IMG/VR virus record: IMGVR_UViG_3300029288_005871
Coordinates: 1 to 64,000 of that record
DNA from: a virus
Lineage: Duplodnaviria > Caudoviricetes
Direction: 5' to 3' (one strand)
Length of the DNA: 64,000 bases
Below the pieces are notes generated by a model, which was not told the origin of the DNA, made no database searches, and was given only the letters and a program-made list of their open reading frames with translations. The stretch's first letter is position 1; each line of letters starts with the position of its first letter. Made by a program: the position numbers and the translations under genes. Positions 39,044 to 47,248 of the stretch are shown piece after piece.

Positions 39044-40397
39044 GATTATTTTCTAAAGCAGGGGTTCCTGCCTCTGTTATAAATGAACGAATTCTTCTGG
39101 CTCTTAATATCCTTCTTAACCTGTAACTTCCTCCTGACATTTGCCTCTGGAATTCCTCCCAACTTACCGTTTCAAAATCAGTCCTGTTTAAAAATACTTT
39201 ATCTAATTGGCCACCAACTCTGGCTAAATACATTTCTCCATGATCCCTTGTTACAACCAGATTTATTTCCTCAATTAGCCTTTCACCTTCAGGCATACAT
39301 AACCTTAAATAATGTTCTGATGAAAAATTAGTCAAACCAAATCCCCTGAAAGTGTCAAATAATTCAGCTCTAGTTTCATCATATCTGACATTAGACGGAG
39401 GCAAAGTCGAAGTCAACCAATTACTAACAGAATAACTTCCACCTCCACCTCCACCTCCAATAGAACTAAAAGTTTCTTCTAAACTTGAAGAAGTTAATCT
39501 ATCACTTGTTGATTGGATAGTACTCGTTGATACTGATGGAGATGTAGAAACTCCTGACATAGAAATTGATATTAACCTTGCCTCTCCCATTGTACCTATT
39601 TTATTTCCTTTTTCATCTTGGTCATATCTTTCAAAACAGTAATTATCAGGCTGTCTTTTAGCGTGTTTAAAAAAATCACCCCAGCTTTTTACATAACCGG
39701 CATCAATATTCGGGCTGGAGATATAATCTATCAGGTCAACAATCAGTTCATAATAATCCTTTTCCTTAAACTCCTTATCAATATCATTTTTCAAGTTTCC
39801 CCAGCAAGGATGAGTATTATTGATTGTCGGACTGTCATAACCACCATCATGACGCTTGGTAATATTTAAAATTTCAATTCCTTGGTCAAAACTACTTTTA
39901 GAAAAATCTATACGTATCTGGAAAACTCCTAATTCTTTTGCCCTTAACCATTTATCGGCTTTTACTTTTATCAATCTGGTAGTCACAACCAACCTTTTTT
40001 TAGTATCAACTTCTATCTTTTCCACCAAAGTGTTCAGTTTTAACTGAGTAATTAATTTTCTATGTTCCTCTACTAATTCCGAACGCTTGGTTTGCATCAG
40101 CTTTTTATATTTTTCTTCCAGTTGGCCTTTAGTCTTAGCTATAGTCTTTAACTTTTTATCCAATTCCTCCATTTCTTTACCTTGCCTGTCAACCTTATCC
40201 TTTATTTCTCCAGCCCTTTTCTTGGAAAAATCAGTTATCAGCTTAACTACCTTCTCTTCACCATTACCCTTACCCTGCTGAGTAGTTTTTTTACCTTTTG
40301 CCTCAGCAGGGGGGTTAGCTAACCCTGTATAATTTTCAGGATTACCATTAGTTAAAACTTCATTAATTTTTTGATAAAAACCCGCAATTGCCGCCAT
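39027..40397 (-). CDS. Coiled-coil plus E2-like (UBC-like) domain protein
   Basis: LGVFQIRIDF..N..YDSPTI..PCWGN..ELIVDLIDYISSPN; Ser/Gly linker; lies between the Ubl and JAB genes. Confidence 0.6.
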   Translation of the reverse strand: MAAIAGFYQKINEVLTNGNPENYTGLANPPAEAKGKKTTQQGKGNGEEKVVKLITDFSKKRAGEIKDKVDRQGKEMEELDKKLKTIAKTKGQLEEKYKKLMQTKRSELVEEHRKLITQLKLNTLVEKIEVDTKKRLVVTTRLIKVKADKWLRAKELGVFQIRIDFSKSSFDQGIEILNITKRHDGGYDSPTINNTHPCWGNLKNDIDKEFKEKDYYELIVDLIDYISSPNIDAGYVKSWGDFFKHAKRQPDNYCFERYDQDEKGNKIGTMGEARLISISMSGVSTSPSVSTSTIQSTSDRLTSSSLEETFSSIGGGGGGGSYSVSNWLTSTLPPSNVRYDETRAELFDTFRGFGLTNFSSEHYLRLCMPEGERLIEEINLVVTRDHGEMYLARVGGQLDKVFLNRTDFETVSWEEFQRQMSGGSYRLRRILRARRIRSFITEAGTPALENNHETAF

Positions 40398-40398
40398 A

Positions 40399-40866
40399 TT
40401 ATTTTCTTAAAACATCTCTTTTACCATGACAACGAAGACAAAGAGTTAATAATTCATCTTCTTTATGTTCAGGATTTTTTGAATTTCTCCCTTTATAGTT
40501 AAGATGATGAACCGTAATATCTACTCCATAGAATATTTTATGTCTTTCTCTGGTCAATCCACAATCTCTACATTTTTCTCTATCACGTTGAATTACTTTT
40601 TCTCTAATTCCTCCAAATCTAGTTGTATGGTTATATTTAGTTCTTTTAGAAATCTCAGTATAAGGTTTAAGATTTTTTAATCTCCTTTGTTCTCGCCATC
40701 GTCTTTGTTGTTCATATCTTTCTACTCTAGTCCTTAGTTCATATTCCTTTTGTCGTAAAAGAATCCATTCTCTATTTTCTTGGTGATATTTCTTTTGATG
40801 AACAAGTATCCTTTTTTTATTTTTTAAATACCACTGTTTAAAATATTCCTTTCTATCAGAAGTCAT
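40399..40866 (-). CDS. HNH endonuclease
   Basis: RD..KCRDCG..VHH..N..LLTLCLRCHGK. Confidence 0.88.
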   Translation of the reverse strand: MTSDRKEYFKQWYLKNKKRILVHQKKYHQENREWILLRQKEYELRTRVERYEQQRRWREQRRLKNLKPYTEISKRTKYNHTTRFGGIREKVIQRDREKCRDCGLTRERHKIFYGVDITVHHLNYKGRNSKNPEHKEDELLTLCLRCHGKRDVLRK

Positions 40867-40888
40867 AAATACATTATATCACATGAGT

Positions 40889-41131
40889 TCAACATTCTTG
40901 ACCGCCTTCAATATTTTTTACGAGGACTATCCTGTCACCATCTTCCAACTCATAACCCAAATCATCAATCTCTTCACCATTGACATTTATTTCTTCTGAT
41001 TCTTTTTTAGAGATACCAGCTGCCCTTAAAGCTTCTTCGACACTTCTGCTGCCATTCAAAGCCACTTCCTGTACTTTAGAACCGGAACGGGCAACTTTAA
41101 CTATAATTTGTCCAGATTTTTTCTTAGCCAC
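40889..41131 (-). CDS. Ubiquitin-like (ThiS/MoaD beta-grasp) protein ending GG-QEC
   Basis: SVEEAL, INVNGE, LEDGDRIVLVKNIEGG. GGAGGAGGTGA Shine-Dalgarno before a GTG at 41131. Confidence 0.85.
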   Translation of the reverse strand: MAKKKSGQIIVKVARSGSKVQEVALNGSRSVEEALRAAGISKKESEEINVNGEEIDDLGYELEDGDRIVLVKNIEGGQEC

Positions 41132-41146
41132 TATAATCACCTCCTC

Positions 41147-41809
41147 CTAAACCATCATTAAATTAGTAATATCAAAGATGATGTCAAACTTTGTTGACTC
41201 TTTTTTAGCATACTTTTTTACCACGCTCGCCACTAATCCACCACAGATAAAAGTGTTATAAACAATAGACCTTGCCGTACAAGGTTCCTTATGGACATTT
41301 AAAGACAGCTTACTGTCATAATGAAGAATTGAGTTCTTATCATGAGGATTAACAACCAATATCCGCAAAAGTTCCCCACCCATCCTGGCATCTATGTAGC
41401 AATCAAACTTCTTGTTTTCCATAATTAACCGCCAGATTTCTATCCTTTCCTCCATTGAATCTACCGCACAAATTAGCACAGACGAATGACTATATCCATT
41501 TTTTAAAAAATCCTGGAATTTTTTATTTACCTGTTTTATTTCTACCCCGATATTCTCCTTGATATTTTCAGCTAATGCTTTTACCTTATCCTGTCCAACT
41601 TGATCAATCTTATAGAACTGTGAAGCGACATTATGGATAGAAACCTTGTCAAAATCTATCACTGTCAAATCAGTACATCCCATCTTGGCAAGAGCTAAAG
41701 TTGTAAAACTTCCTATCCCTCCTGCCCCGATTATAGATATAGGAAAACCTAAATCTTTTTGGCTGACTAAATCCGTCTGTCTTTTAAAGATATCTTTAAC
41801 TTTAAACAT
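41147..41809 (-). CDS. ThiF/E1-family adenylyltransferase
   Basis: RQ, IIGAGGIGS, DFDKV..HN..Q, K, AVDS, DARMG, EPCTARS (candidate catalytic Cys). Confidence 0.92.
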   Translation of the reverse strand: MFKVKDIFKRQTDLVSQKDLGFPISIIGAGGIGSFTTLALAKMGCTDLTVIDFDKVSIHNVASQFYKIDQVGQDKVKALAENIKENIGVEIKQVNKKFQDFLKNGYSHSSVLICAVDSMEERIEIWRLIMENKKFDCYIDARMGGELLRILVVNPHDKNSILHYDSKLSLNVHKEPCTARSIVYNTFICGGLVASVVKKYAKKESTKFDIIFDITNLMMV

Positions 41810-41819
41810 GCTACCTTTA

Positions 41820-41848
41820 ATTATATAAATTTATTTATTTGTTGTCAA
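41820..41848 (-). promoter_or_regulatory. Consensus sigma70-type promoter of the E1-Ubl-E2-JAB operon
   Basis: TTGACA-17-TATAAT directly upstream of the E1 gene. Confidence 0.75.
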
Positions 41849-41875
41849 TAGCACAACATAAGTTATTACTATCTT

Positions 41876-42682
41876 TTAAGCTAAATCATCTTCGCTTATA
41901 TAGTGTCCAAGATTATTTGCCTTGCTTCTTAGATCACTTCTGATAACTTCATTTTCTGGTAATATATGTATCCCGACAGGAGTTACTTTTATTCCCGTCT
42001 TTTCTATCCCTTCTATCTTTTTAGGGTTATTAGTTAAAAGCCTGATAGACTTAACACCTAGTTTTTCAAGCATTTCACCTGCTACAGTAAAATCCCTACA
42101 CTCGGAAGGAAAGCCCGCATTTTTATAGGCTTTGTCTGTATCTATTATTTCCCCTTTATCATCTTTTCTTTGCTCAATATGCCCGTCATTCCATGAAAAC
42201 ATACCATTAAGTTGTGCCAACTTACCTGCTATTCCTGTTCCCCTTCCCTCCTGCTCAAGATATAAAATTACTCCTCTGCCTTCTTTCTTTATCTGCTCCA
42301 TACTCTCATGAAGTTCATCCCTGCACTCGCAGTTTATGGCATCATAGACCTCATTAGTCCTACAGGATGAGTGCATTCTTACTAATAAATCCTCACCATC
42401 GCCTATTGCACCATTATTAATATTTCCAAACACTAAAGCCTCATGATGTTCTCCCGTTGTCTTATCGCCATAAACGATATAAGTCCAGTCGCCATGTTTA
42501 GTAGGAAGTGGTGATCTGCCAAATTCCTCAATCATACTTTCTCCCTCTTTTTGAAATAGCAGTTTTGTGTGTTCTATTACCGCCCATTTATTGTACCATT
42601 CCTCTCGTCTTGTCCCCTGTATTCCTCTAAATGGATAAAAGTCTAATTCTTCTCTTGTCGGATAACTATTTACTCGCTCCAT
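41876..42682 (-). CDS. ribA: GTP cyclohydrolase II family protein
   Basis: LVRMHSSC..CECR..L, YLEQEGRG.G..K, RDF, LLTNNPKK. Confidence 0.88.
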   Translation of the reverse strand: MERVNSYPTREELDFYPFRGIQGTRREEWYNKWAVIEHTKLLFQKEGESMIEEFGRSPLPTKHGDWTYIVYGDKTTGEHHEALVFGNINNGAIGDGEDLLVRMHSSCRTNEVYDAINCECRDELHESMEQIKKEGRGVILYLEQEGRGTGIAGKLAQLNGMFSWNDGHIEQRKDDKGEIIDTDKAYKNAGFPSECRDFTVAGEMLEKLGVKSIRLLTNNPKKIEGIEKTGIKVTPVGIHILPENEVIRSDLRSKANNLGHYISEDDLA

Positions 42683-42730
42683 ATCACCTTTTAGTTTTTT
42701 TAATTTCTACTATTTTACCTATATTTCTAT

Positions 42731-42916
42731 TTACCTCTTTGCTTTTAATAGATTAGATATATCTTTTAAAGCTTTATTATAGCCACGTGGATACCGCTTT
42801 TCATCAGTCGTTCTTTTCTTATCAATCTTTTTCTTCATTTTTTCAACTTCCTCAATTAGACGTTGACGTTCTTGTTTTATCCCATCATTTACCCCAGAAT
42901 TATAACCTTTATACAT
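42731..42916 (-). CDS. Hypothetical phage protein
   Basis: Operonic; GYNKAL motif typical of small phage ORFs. Confidence 0.45.
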   Translation of the reverse strand: MYKGYNSGVNDGIKQERQRLIEEVEKMKKKIDKKRTTDEKRYPRGYNKALKDISNLLKAKR

Positions 42917-42917
42917 T

Positions 42918-43199
42918 TTATTCTCCTTTGGTTTTAATTTCTTCTAACAAATCAATAATCCTTAAATCCCATTTTAAATTACATTCATTCCAACCATTAT
43001 CATATTCTTGACTTGTAGTTTCTACTAAATCCACTTCTAAACTATCTAATTTTTCATTGATTTCATCTATCCACTTCTCCCTCTCTTTGGTGAAAAGGGG
43101 TTGAATTTCTTTCCAAAAAGTATCCATATTTGGGTGAAATATCCAATTAGTCATTAAATATGCTTGAAATCTCTTTTTTTCCTCTTTAAGTGTTTTCAA
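42918..43199 (-). CDS. Hypothetical phage protein
   Basis: 93-aa operonic ORF. Confidence 0.5.
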   Translation of the reverse strand: MKTLKEEKKRFQAYLMTNWIFHPNMDTFWKEIQPLFTKEREKWIDEINEKLDSLEVDLVETTSQEYDNGWNECNLKWDLRIIDLLEEIKTKGE

Positions 43200-43543
43200 A
43201 GTTCCTCCTCTATAAAAATCCCTCTTTCCAAGTTTATATAATCAAATATCTTTCTTTTAATCCGGTAAACCTCAATTCCCCGATACCCCTTGCAATCTAT
43301 CACCCTCGTCTTTTGGTTCTCATTATCATAGAACATAAAATCAGCAATATAATTTATTTCCCTTATCTTCTTGCCGTTAAGCATATAACCTTCCTGCAAT
43401 CTAAACTTAGGTTGAAGCAATAAATCCTTGATCTTCCCGCACTTCTCAAGTATTTGTAAAGTTTGGTACATGCCCGCCTCTTTCCTTGAGTCAAACACCT
43501 TGCCTAGCTTTATGGTTGGTTGGTTATGGTATTTACTTCTCAT
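43196..43543 (-). CDS. DUF1064-like PD-(D/E)XK endonuclease
   Basis: SKYHN..FDSRKEA, L.LQPKF.L, YIADF, IDCKG, Y.IKRK. Confidence 0.82.
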   Translation of the reverse strand: MRSKYHNQPTIKLGKVFDSRKEAGMYQTLQILEKCGKIKDLLLQPKFRLQEGYMLNGKKIREINYIADFMFYDNENQKTRVIDCKGYRGIEVYRIKRKIFDYINLERGIFIEEEL

Positions 43544-43685
43544 CTACTTCCCTAAACTCCATCACTACCTCAAATGTCTTTTTACAACCATCACACTTGA
43601 CCTCATCGCCAACGCTTACGAACAAAGGCACCTCGTCATCCTCATAGTCGCAATTGGGGCAAATGAAAAGTAGTCTATCGGACAT
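43533..43685 (-). CDS. Small acidic zinc-ribbon protein (50 aa; not in ORF track)
   Basis: CPNCD..VGDEVKCDGCKKTFEV. Confidence 0.5.
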   Translation of the reverse strand: MSDRLLFICPNCDYEDDEVPLFVSVGDEVKCDGCKKTFEVVMEFREVDEK

Positions 43686-43751
43686 AAATTTCTCCTAAAG
43701 CTATGGCTAAACAGATTAAAAATAATAAAATGGCTAAAAAGAATAGCTTGT

Positions 43752-44792
43752 TCATGTTTCCCTCTTAAATTCTGGCATTTCCTCAAGATTGTAGTACCAT
43801 AAAAGGGCATCTTTGGCATTCATACAATCTGGATGAACAGGGATATAATATTCCCTTTTAGTTGACGCATCCCGCATTTTTAAATATTTATGTACTCTAT
43901 CAGGATCATTCTCACCCATATCCAGTCCATAAAGAGTATATTTGTTATATTCTTTATCCCCTGAAGCAAAGCTATCTATCTCTTTTCCTTTTAAAACTTT
44001 CATAAACCTATCACCCATCCGTTCCACAATCACCCTTCTTACCTCAGCATTTTCCTCTTTGGAAAAGTCTTTATATGTTAGCTTTTCAGGCTTCTCAATT
44101 ACCTTTTGGGGAACAACTGTCCCATGCCAATACCAACTCTTTTTATCTCCCCAGATAAGAGCCGGTTCTTTATCGTTATGCAGATGTTTTTCACTATCTA
44201 TGGTTATTTTTGGAAAGGGAATAGCATACATAGTCGTTGAAGATAGCCATAAATAACCCACACCTGACTTTATGCACTTATCAAGTACCTTTATGGTTTT
44301 TATCCGTTTTTTTATTATTGGCAGGTTTTTATAGAAATAGCCTACAAAGACAGGCCAGATAAATTCAAAGTATTCCCATGTTTCGCTCCCAAGATTGCTC
44401 CTAAGATCGCTCCTAAGATCGCTCCCAAGATTGCTCCTAAGATCGCTCCCAAGATTGCTCCTAAGATCGCTCCAAAGATTGCTCCAAAGATCGCTCCTAA
44501 GATCGCTCCCAAGATCGCTCCCAAGATCGCTCCCAAGATCGCTCCAAAGATCGCTCCCAAGATTGCTCCTAAGATTGCTCCTAAGATTGCTCCTAAGATT
44601 GCTCCTAAGATCGCTCCAAAGATTGCTCCCATTTTCATATAAAACAACCTTCCTTTTAGTCGGTAAGAATTGGTTTAATTCTTCTAAGGCTTTTTTCATT
44701 AAAGTTTTACTCTGTTTCTTAGTCCGCCAGCCTAAAAGGATTTTTAAATACCCTTGTAAGAATTTTTGTCTATTTTCTTTAGTATTTCTCAT
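43752..44792 (-). CDS. DUF6745-like phage protein with tetrapeptide repeats
   Basis: LHNDKEPAL.W.D..WHG..VP, EENAEVRRV..E, D.ST.REY..PV.P. Confidence 0.65.
   Translation of the reverse strand: MRNTKENRQKFLQGYLKILLGWRTKKQSKTLMKKALEELNQFLPTKRKVVLYENGSNLWSDLRSNLRSNLRSNLRSNLGSDLWSDLGSDLGSDLGSDLRSDLWSNLWSDLRSNLGSDLRSNLGSDLRSDLRSNLGSETWEYFEFIWPVFVGYFYKNLPIIKKRIKTIKVLDKCIKSGVGYLWLSSTTMYAIPFPKITIDSEKHLHNDKEPALIWGDKKSWYWHGTVVPQKVIEKPEKLTYKDFSKEENAEVRRVIVERMGDRFMKVLKGKEIDSFASGDKEYNKYTLYGLDMGENDPDRVHKYLKMRDASTKREYYIPVHPDCMNAKDALLWYYNLEEMPEFKRET
44383..44630 (-). repeat. 20 tandem 12-nt units encoding [G/R/W]S[N/D]L
   Basis: Direct reading of the repeats and their translation. Confidence 0.95.
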
Positions 44793-44793
44793 A

Positions 44794-45087
44794 TTAATCC
44801 CTCACCTCTCTAGCTTTTTTAGCCGTATAATCGTATTCCCTCGTTCTTAAAACCGCATAAGTGCCCTTGTCTAAATCTATGCTTTTATGCTCCTCATGAC
44901 TTAGTTTCCCCTTATTGGCAACGGTAAAATAGATTGCCTCACCGACTTTAAAAACTTCCCCACCCATTATCCTGTGACTATGGTTAGTCACTTCCCCATA
45001 AACCAAAATATTTCCTTCCTGCCTAATGGCATTCTCTAGCAGTTTGTCAATTGATTTAATTAAAAGATCCCCATGACGTATTATCAT
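44794..45087 (-). CDS. Conserved phage His-rich (cupin-like) protein
   Basis: RHGDLL, GEVTNHSH, HEEH, REY; from recall, the usual gene partner of DUF6745-like proteins. Confidence 0.6.
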   Translation of the reverse strand: MIIRHGDLLIKSIDKLLENAIRQEGNILVYGEVTNHSHRIMGGEVFKVGEAIYFTVANKGKLSHEEHKSIDLDKGTYAVLRTREYDYTAKKAREVRD

Positions 45088-45169
45088 ATATCCTCCTTTA
45101 AATTTTTATAATTTTTCTATCTCCTCATCCCTTAGACCTAAAATTCTTCTAAGCCTAAGAGTCAAGAGA

Positions 45170-45424
45170 CTACCACCAACCGCCTCTTGGGGGTACAGGA
45201 GTTGCCCAAGGTTTCTCAGGTTGACTTGGCTTAGGTGTCGCCCAAGGCTTGGGAGTAGCACTTGGTTTAGGCGGTACACTTGGTTTAGGAGTTGCACTCG
45301 GCCTCATCACAACTGGTGGTTTTGGAGGAACTGGTGGCTTAGGCCAAGTAAAAGCAAAACCTACTGTCGCTGTTAAAAAAACTAAACTTACCAAAGTAAC
45401 TAAACTTATCATCAATTTTTTCAT
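45170..45424 (-). CDS. Secreted Pro/Lys-rich small protein
   Basis: Signal peptide (..TVGFA), then [S/W]ATPKP/PPKP repeats; AAGGAGGTGA Shine-Dalgarno. Confidence 0.75.
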   Translation of the reverse strand: MKKLMISLVTLVSLVFLTATVGFAFTWPKPPVPPKPPVVMRPSATPKPSVPPKPSATPKPWATPKPSQPEKPWATPVPPRGGWW

Positions 45425-45504
45425 TATTAATTCACCTCCTTATTAGCCAACATAATTTTTCTAGGCAAGGTTATAACTTAATATAACCCTGCGTACAAAA
45501 ATTA

Positions 45505-46254
45505 TTAAGGATCAATACGGTCACTTAATGTCGCACAATCTTTACCGTTGAAACGCCATAACTGTACCCAGAGCGTTGCCCCTGGATTTAAACCAAAAAT
45601 AGTCACTTGGTTTACTTCCTTTGACAAATACGGAATACCATAAGGCAAATTATCCTTTTCATATCCGTAAGTAATAGCCCAATGAGTAGTATTCGTATCG
45701 TTCTCATTCCAATTTACCTGTACTGCGTCTGAACTTACCCTTTTATAGGTAAAAGATGGTTTTGCCGGTAATGCTACCGTACAGACACTCGGCTGGTAAG
45801 ATGGATTGTAATTTACGTCTGGGGACCAACTGCATTCGTGTCCGGTTGCCTGTCGGCATTGTTCATCTGTTGGCGGAACCGATGTAACTGTCGGCTCAAC
45901 TATGGTTGGAATCGGAGTCGGAGAATTAGTAACTGTTGGAATCGGACAGTCCCATTCCCATTTTATACACTTTTTTTCTTCCTTAGTGCATTTCCAGCCA
46001 TATTTGACACATACCTTGTAATCACTCCATTTAGTGCATTTGCCCTTTTTATCATATTTAAGGCAAATATAATCCTCTTTTTCACAGACTGGTTCCCATT
46101 TCTTACAGACTGTCTTCCAGTCCTGACAGATCTTTTTACAACCCGTATGGTCTTCCTGCGCACTTGCCGAGGTAAATTTTAAAGAAAGCAAGGAAAGCAA
46201 CAAAACACCTGCTATTAAAAATACTAAAAAAATTATCTTTTTAATATTTATCAC
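45505..46254 (-). CDS. Secreted protein: Cys-rich repeats, Pro/Thr linker, FN3-like domain
   Basis: Signal peptide ..SASA; CKKW/C.KY repeats; PIPTVT linker; V.VNW..YGY..I.GL.P. Confidence 0.7.
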   Translation of the reverse strand: MINIKKIIFLVFLIAGVLLLSLLSLKFTSASAQEDHTGCKKICQDWKTVCKKWEPVCEKEDYICLKYDKKGKCTKWSDYKVCVKYGWKCTKEEKKCIKWEWDCPIPTVTNSPTPIPTIVEPTVTSVPPTDEQCRQATGHECSWSPDVNYNPSYQPSVCTVALPAKPSFTYKRVSSDAVQVNWNENDTNTTHWAITYGYEKDNLPYGIPYLSKEVNQVTIFGLNPGATLWVQLWRFNGKDCATLSDRIDP

Positions 46255-46274
46255 CTCCGATCATTAATATATTT

Positions 46275-46778
46275 TTATACGCTTTGAAACTTCTTTTTTA
46301 AATTATCAACCCAGTTACTGTTTTTAATCTCTTCCAACAAATCGTTGTATTTTCCTCTTTCCTCTCCTACCCGTCTGTCAACTTCATAAGATACCACATT
46401 TTCAATTGCTGCCTGTAATGATTTCATCGCTTCTTCAAGTCCTTTATAAACATCTACTTTCTGTTCCAATTTATTTTCTATATCTGCATAAGTCTTTTCA
46501 CTATTTCTTTTAAGATAGTCTGTTTTTCCAATCGGCTTGCTTATCTTCTGATAATAAGCCACTATTTTCTCTTTCCATACCTTTGACATGTCATAAGCTT
46601 TTAAAGTCCTTTTCACTTTTTCAACATTCTCTTTATTCATTAAACCGTTTAATATCCTAATCCTGCCATAAGCATCATCATGCCCTGTTTTTTCTTCAAT
46701 TTCTTTAACTGTTGCTCCAAAATTATATAGATTTAAAAAAATATCTATTTCTTCTTCTGTCCAATGTCTACCTAGCAT
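46275..46778 (-). CDS. Putative DNA-binding protein (HTH plus coiled coil)
   Basis: HWTEEE..GATVKEI; strong Shine-Dalgarno. Confidence 0.55.
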   Translation of the reverse strand: MLGRHWTEEEIDIFLNLYNFGATVKEIEEKTGHDDAYGRIRILNGLMNKENVEKVKRTLKAYDMSKVWKEKIVAYYQKISKPIGKTDYLKRNSEKTYADIENKLEQKVDVYKGLEEAMKSLQAAIENVVSYEVDRRVGEERGKYNDLLEEIKNSNWVDNLKKKFQSV

Positions 46779-47248
46779 TTTAAATCACCTCCTTCTGTCT
46801 TCTTAAAAATCAAATAATTAAGTTTCGTATATTTTTTGCTTTATTTCTTATCTTTCGGTTTTCTAATATATCAATCTATCTCAAAAACTCTGTTTTTAAA
46901 AATCAGCCATGTTTTTTCTTTCTCCTAAACAGTTTTTCTGAATAGCCCCTGACTCAACATAATGACCCAGGAAGCCCGATACTGTTCTTTCCTTACCCAT
47001 TAGTCATTTTATGCCTAGCATCTTTTTTTTACCCGTTTTTAATCTTTCCTCCCTGAATATATTGTTGTGATTATTATACCATTTATTTTCAGACAATGCA
47101 AGAGGTAATTATTTGAACAGCCACTTCTTAAAACTGGAACTTGACATGCTATCGTAATTTTTCCTGAAACTTCTGGCATACTTGACTACCTTTAAGAAGT
47201 TTATGGCTTTTTCTTTTTCTTCTTTTACCTTACCGCTTTTGGAAAGTT

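Noticed and set aside
44383-44630. Possible CRISPR array (also considered for the iterons and early-region hairpins)
   Set aside because: No constant repeats separated by unique 25-45 nt spacers, and no cas genes.
44342-44850. GAIL-repeat (44342-44647) and RSLL-repeat (44395-44850) ORFs
   Set aside because: Alternative frames kept open by the stop-free 12-nt repeat; the real gene is 43752-44792.
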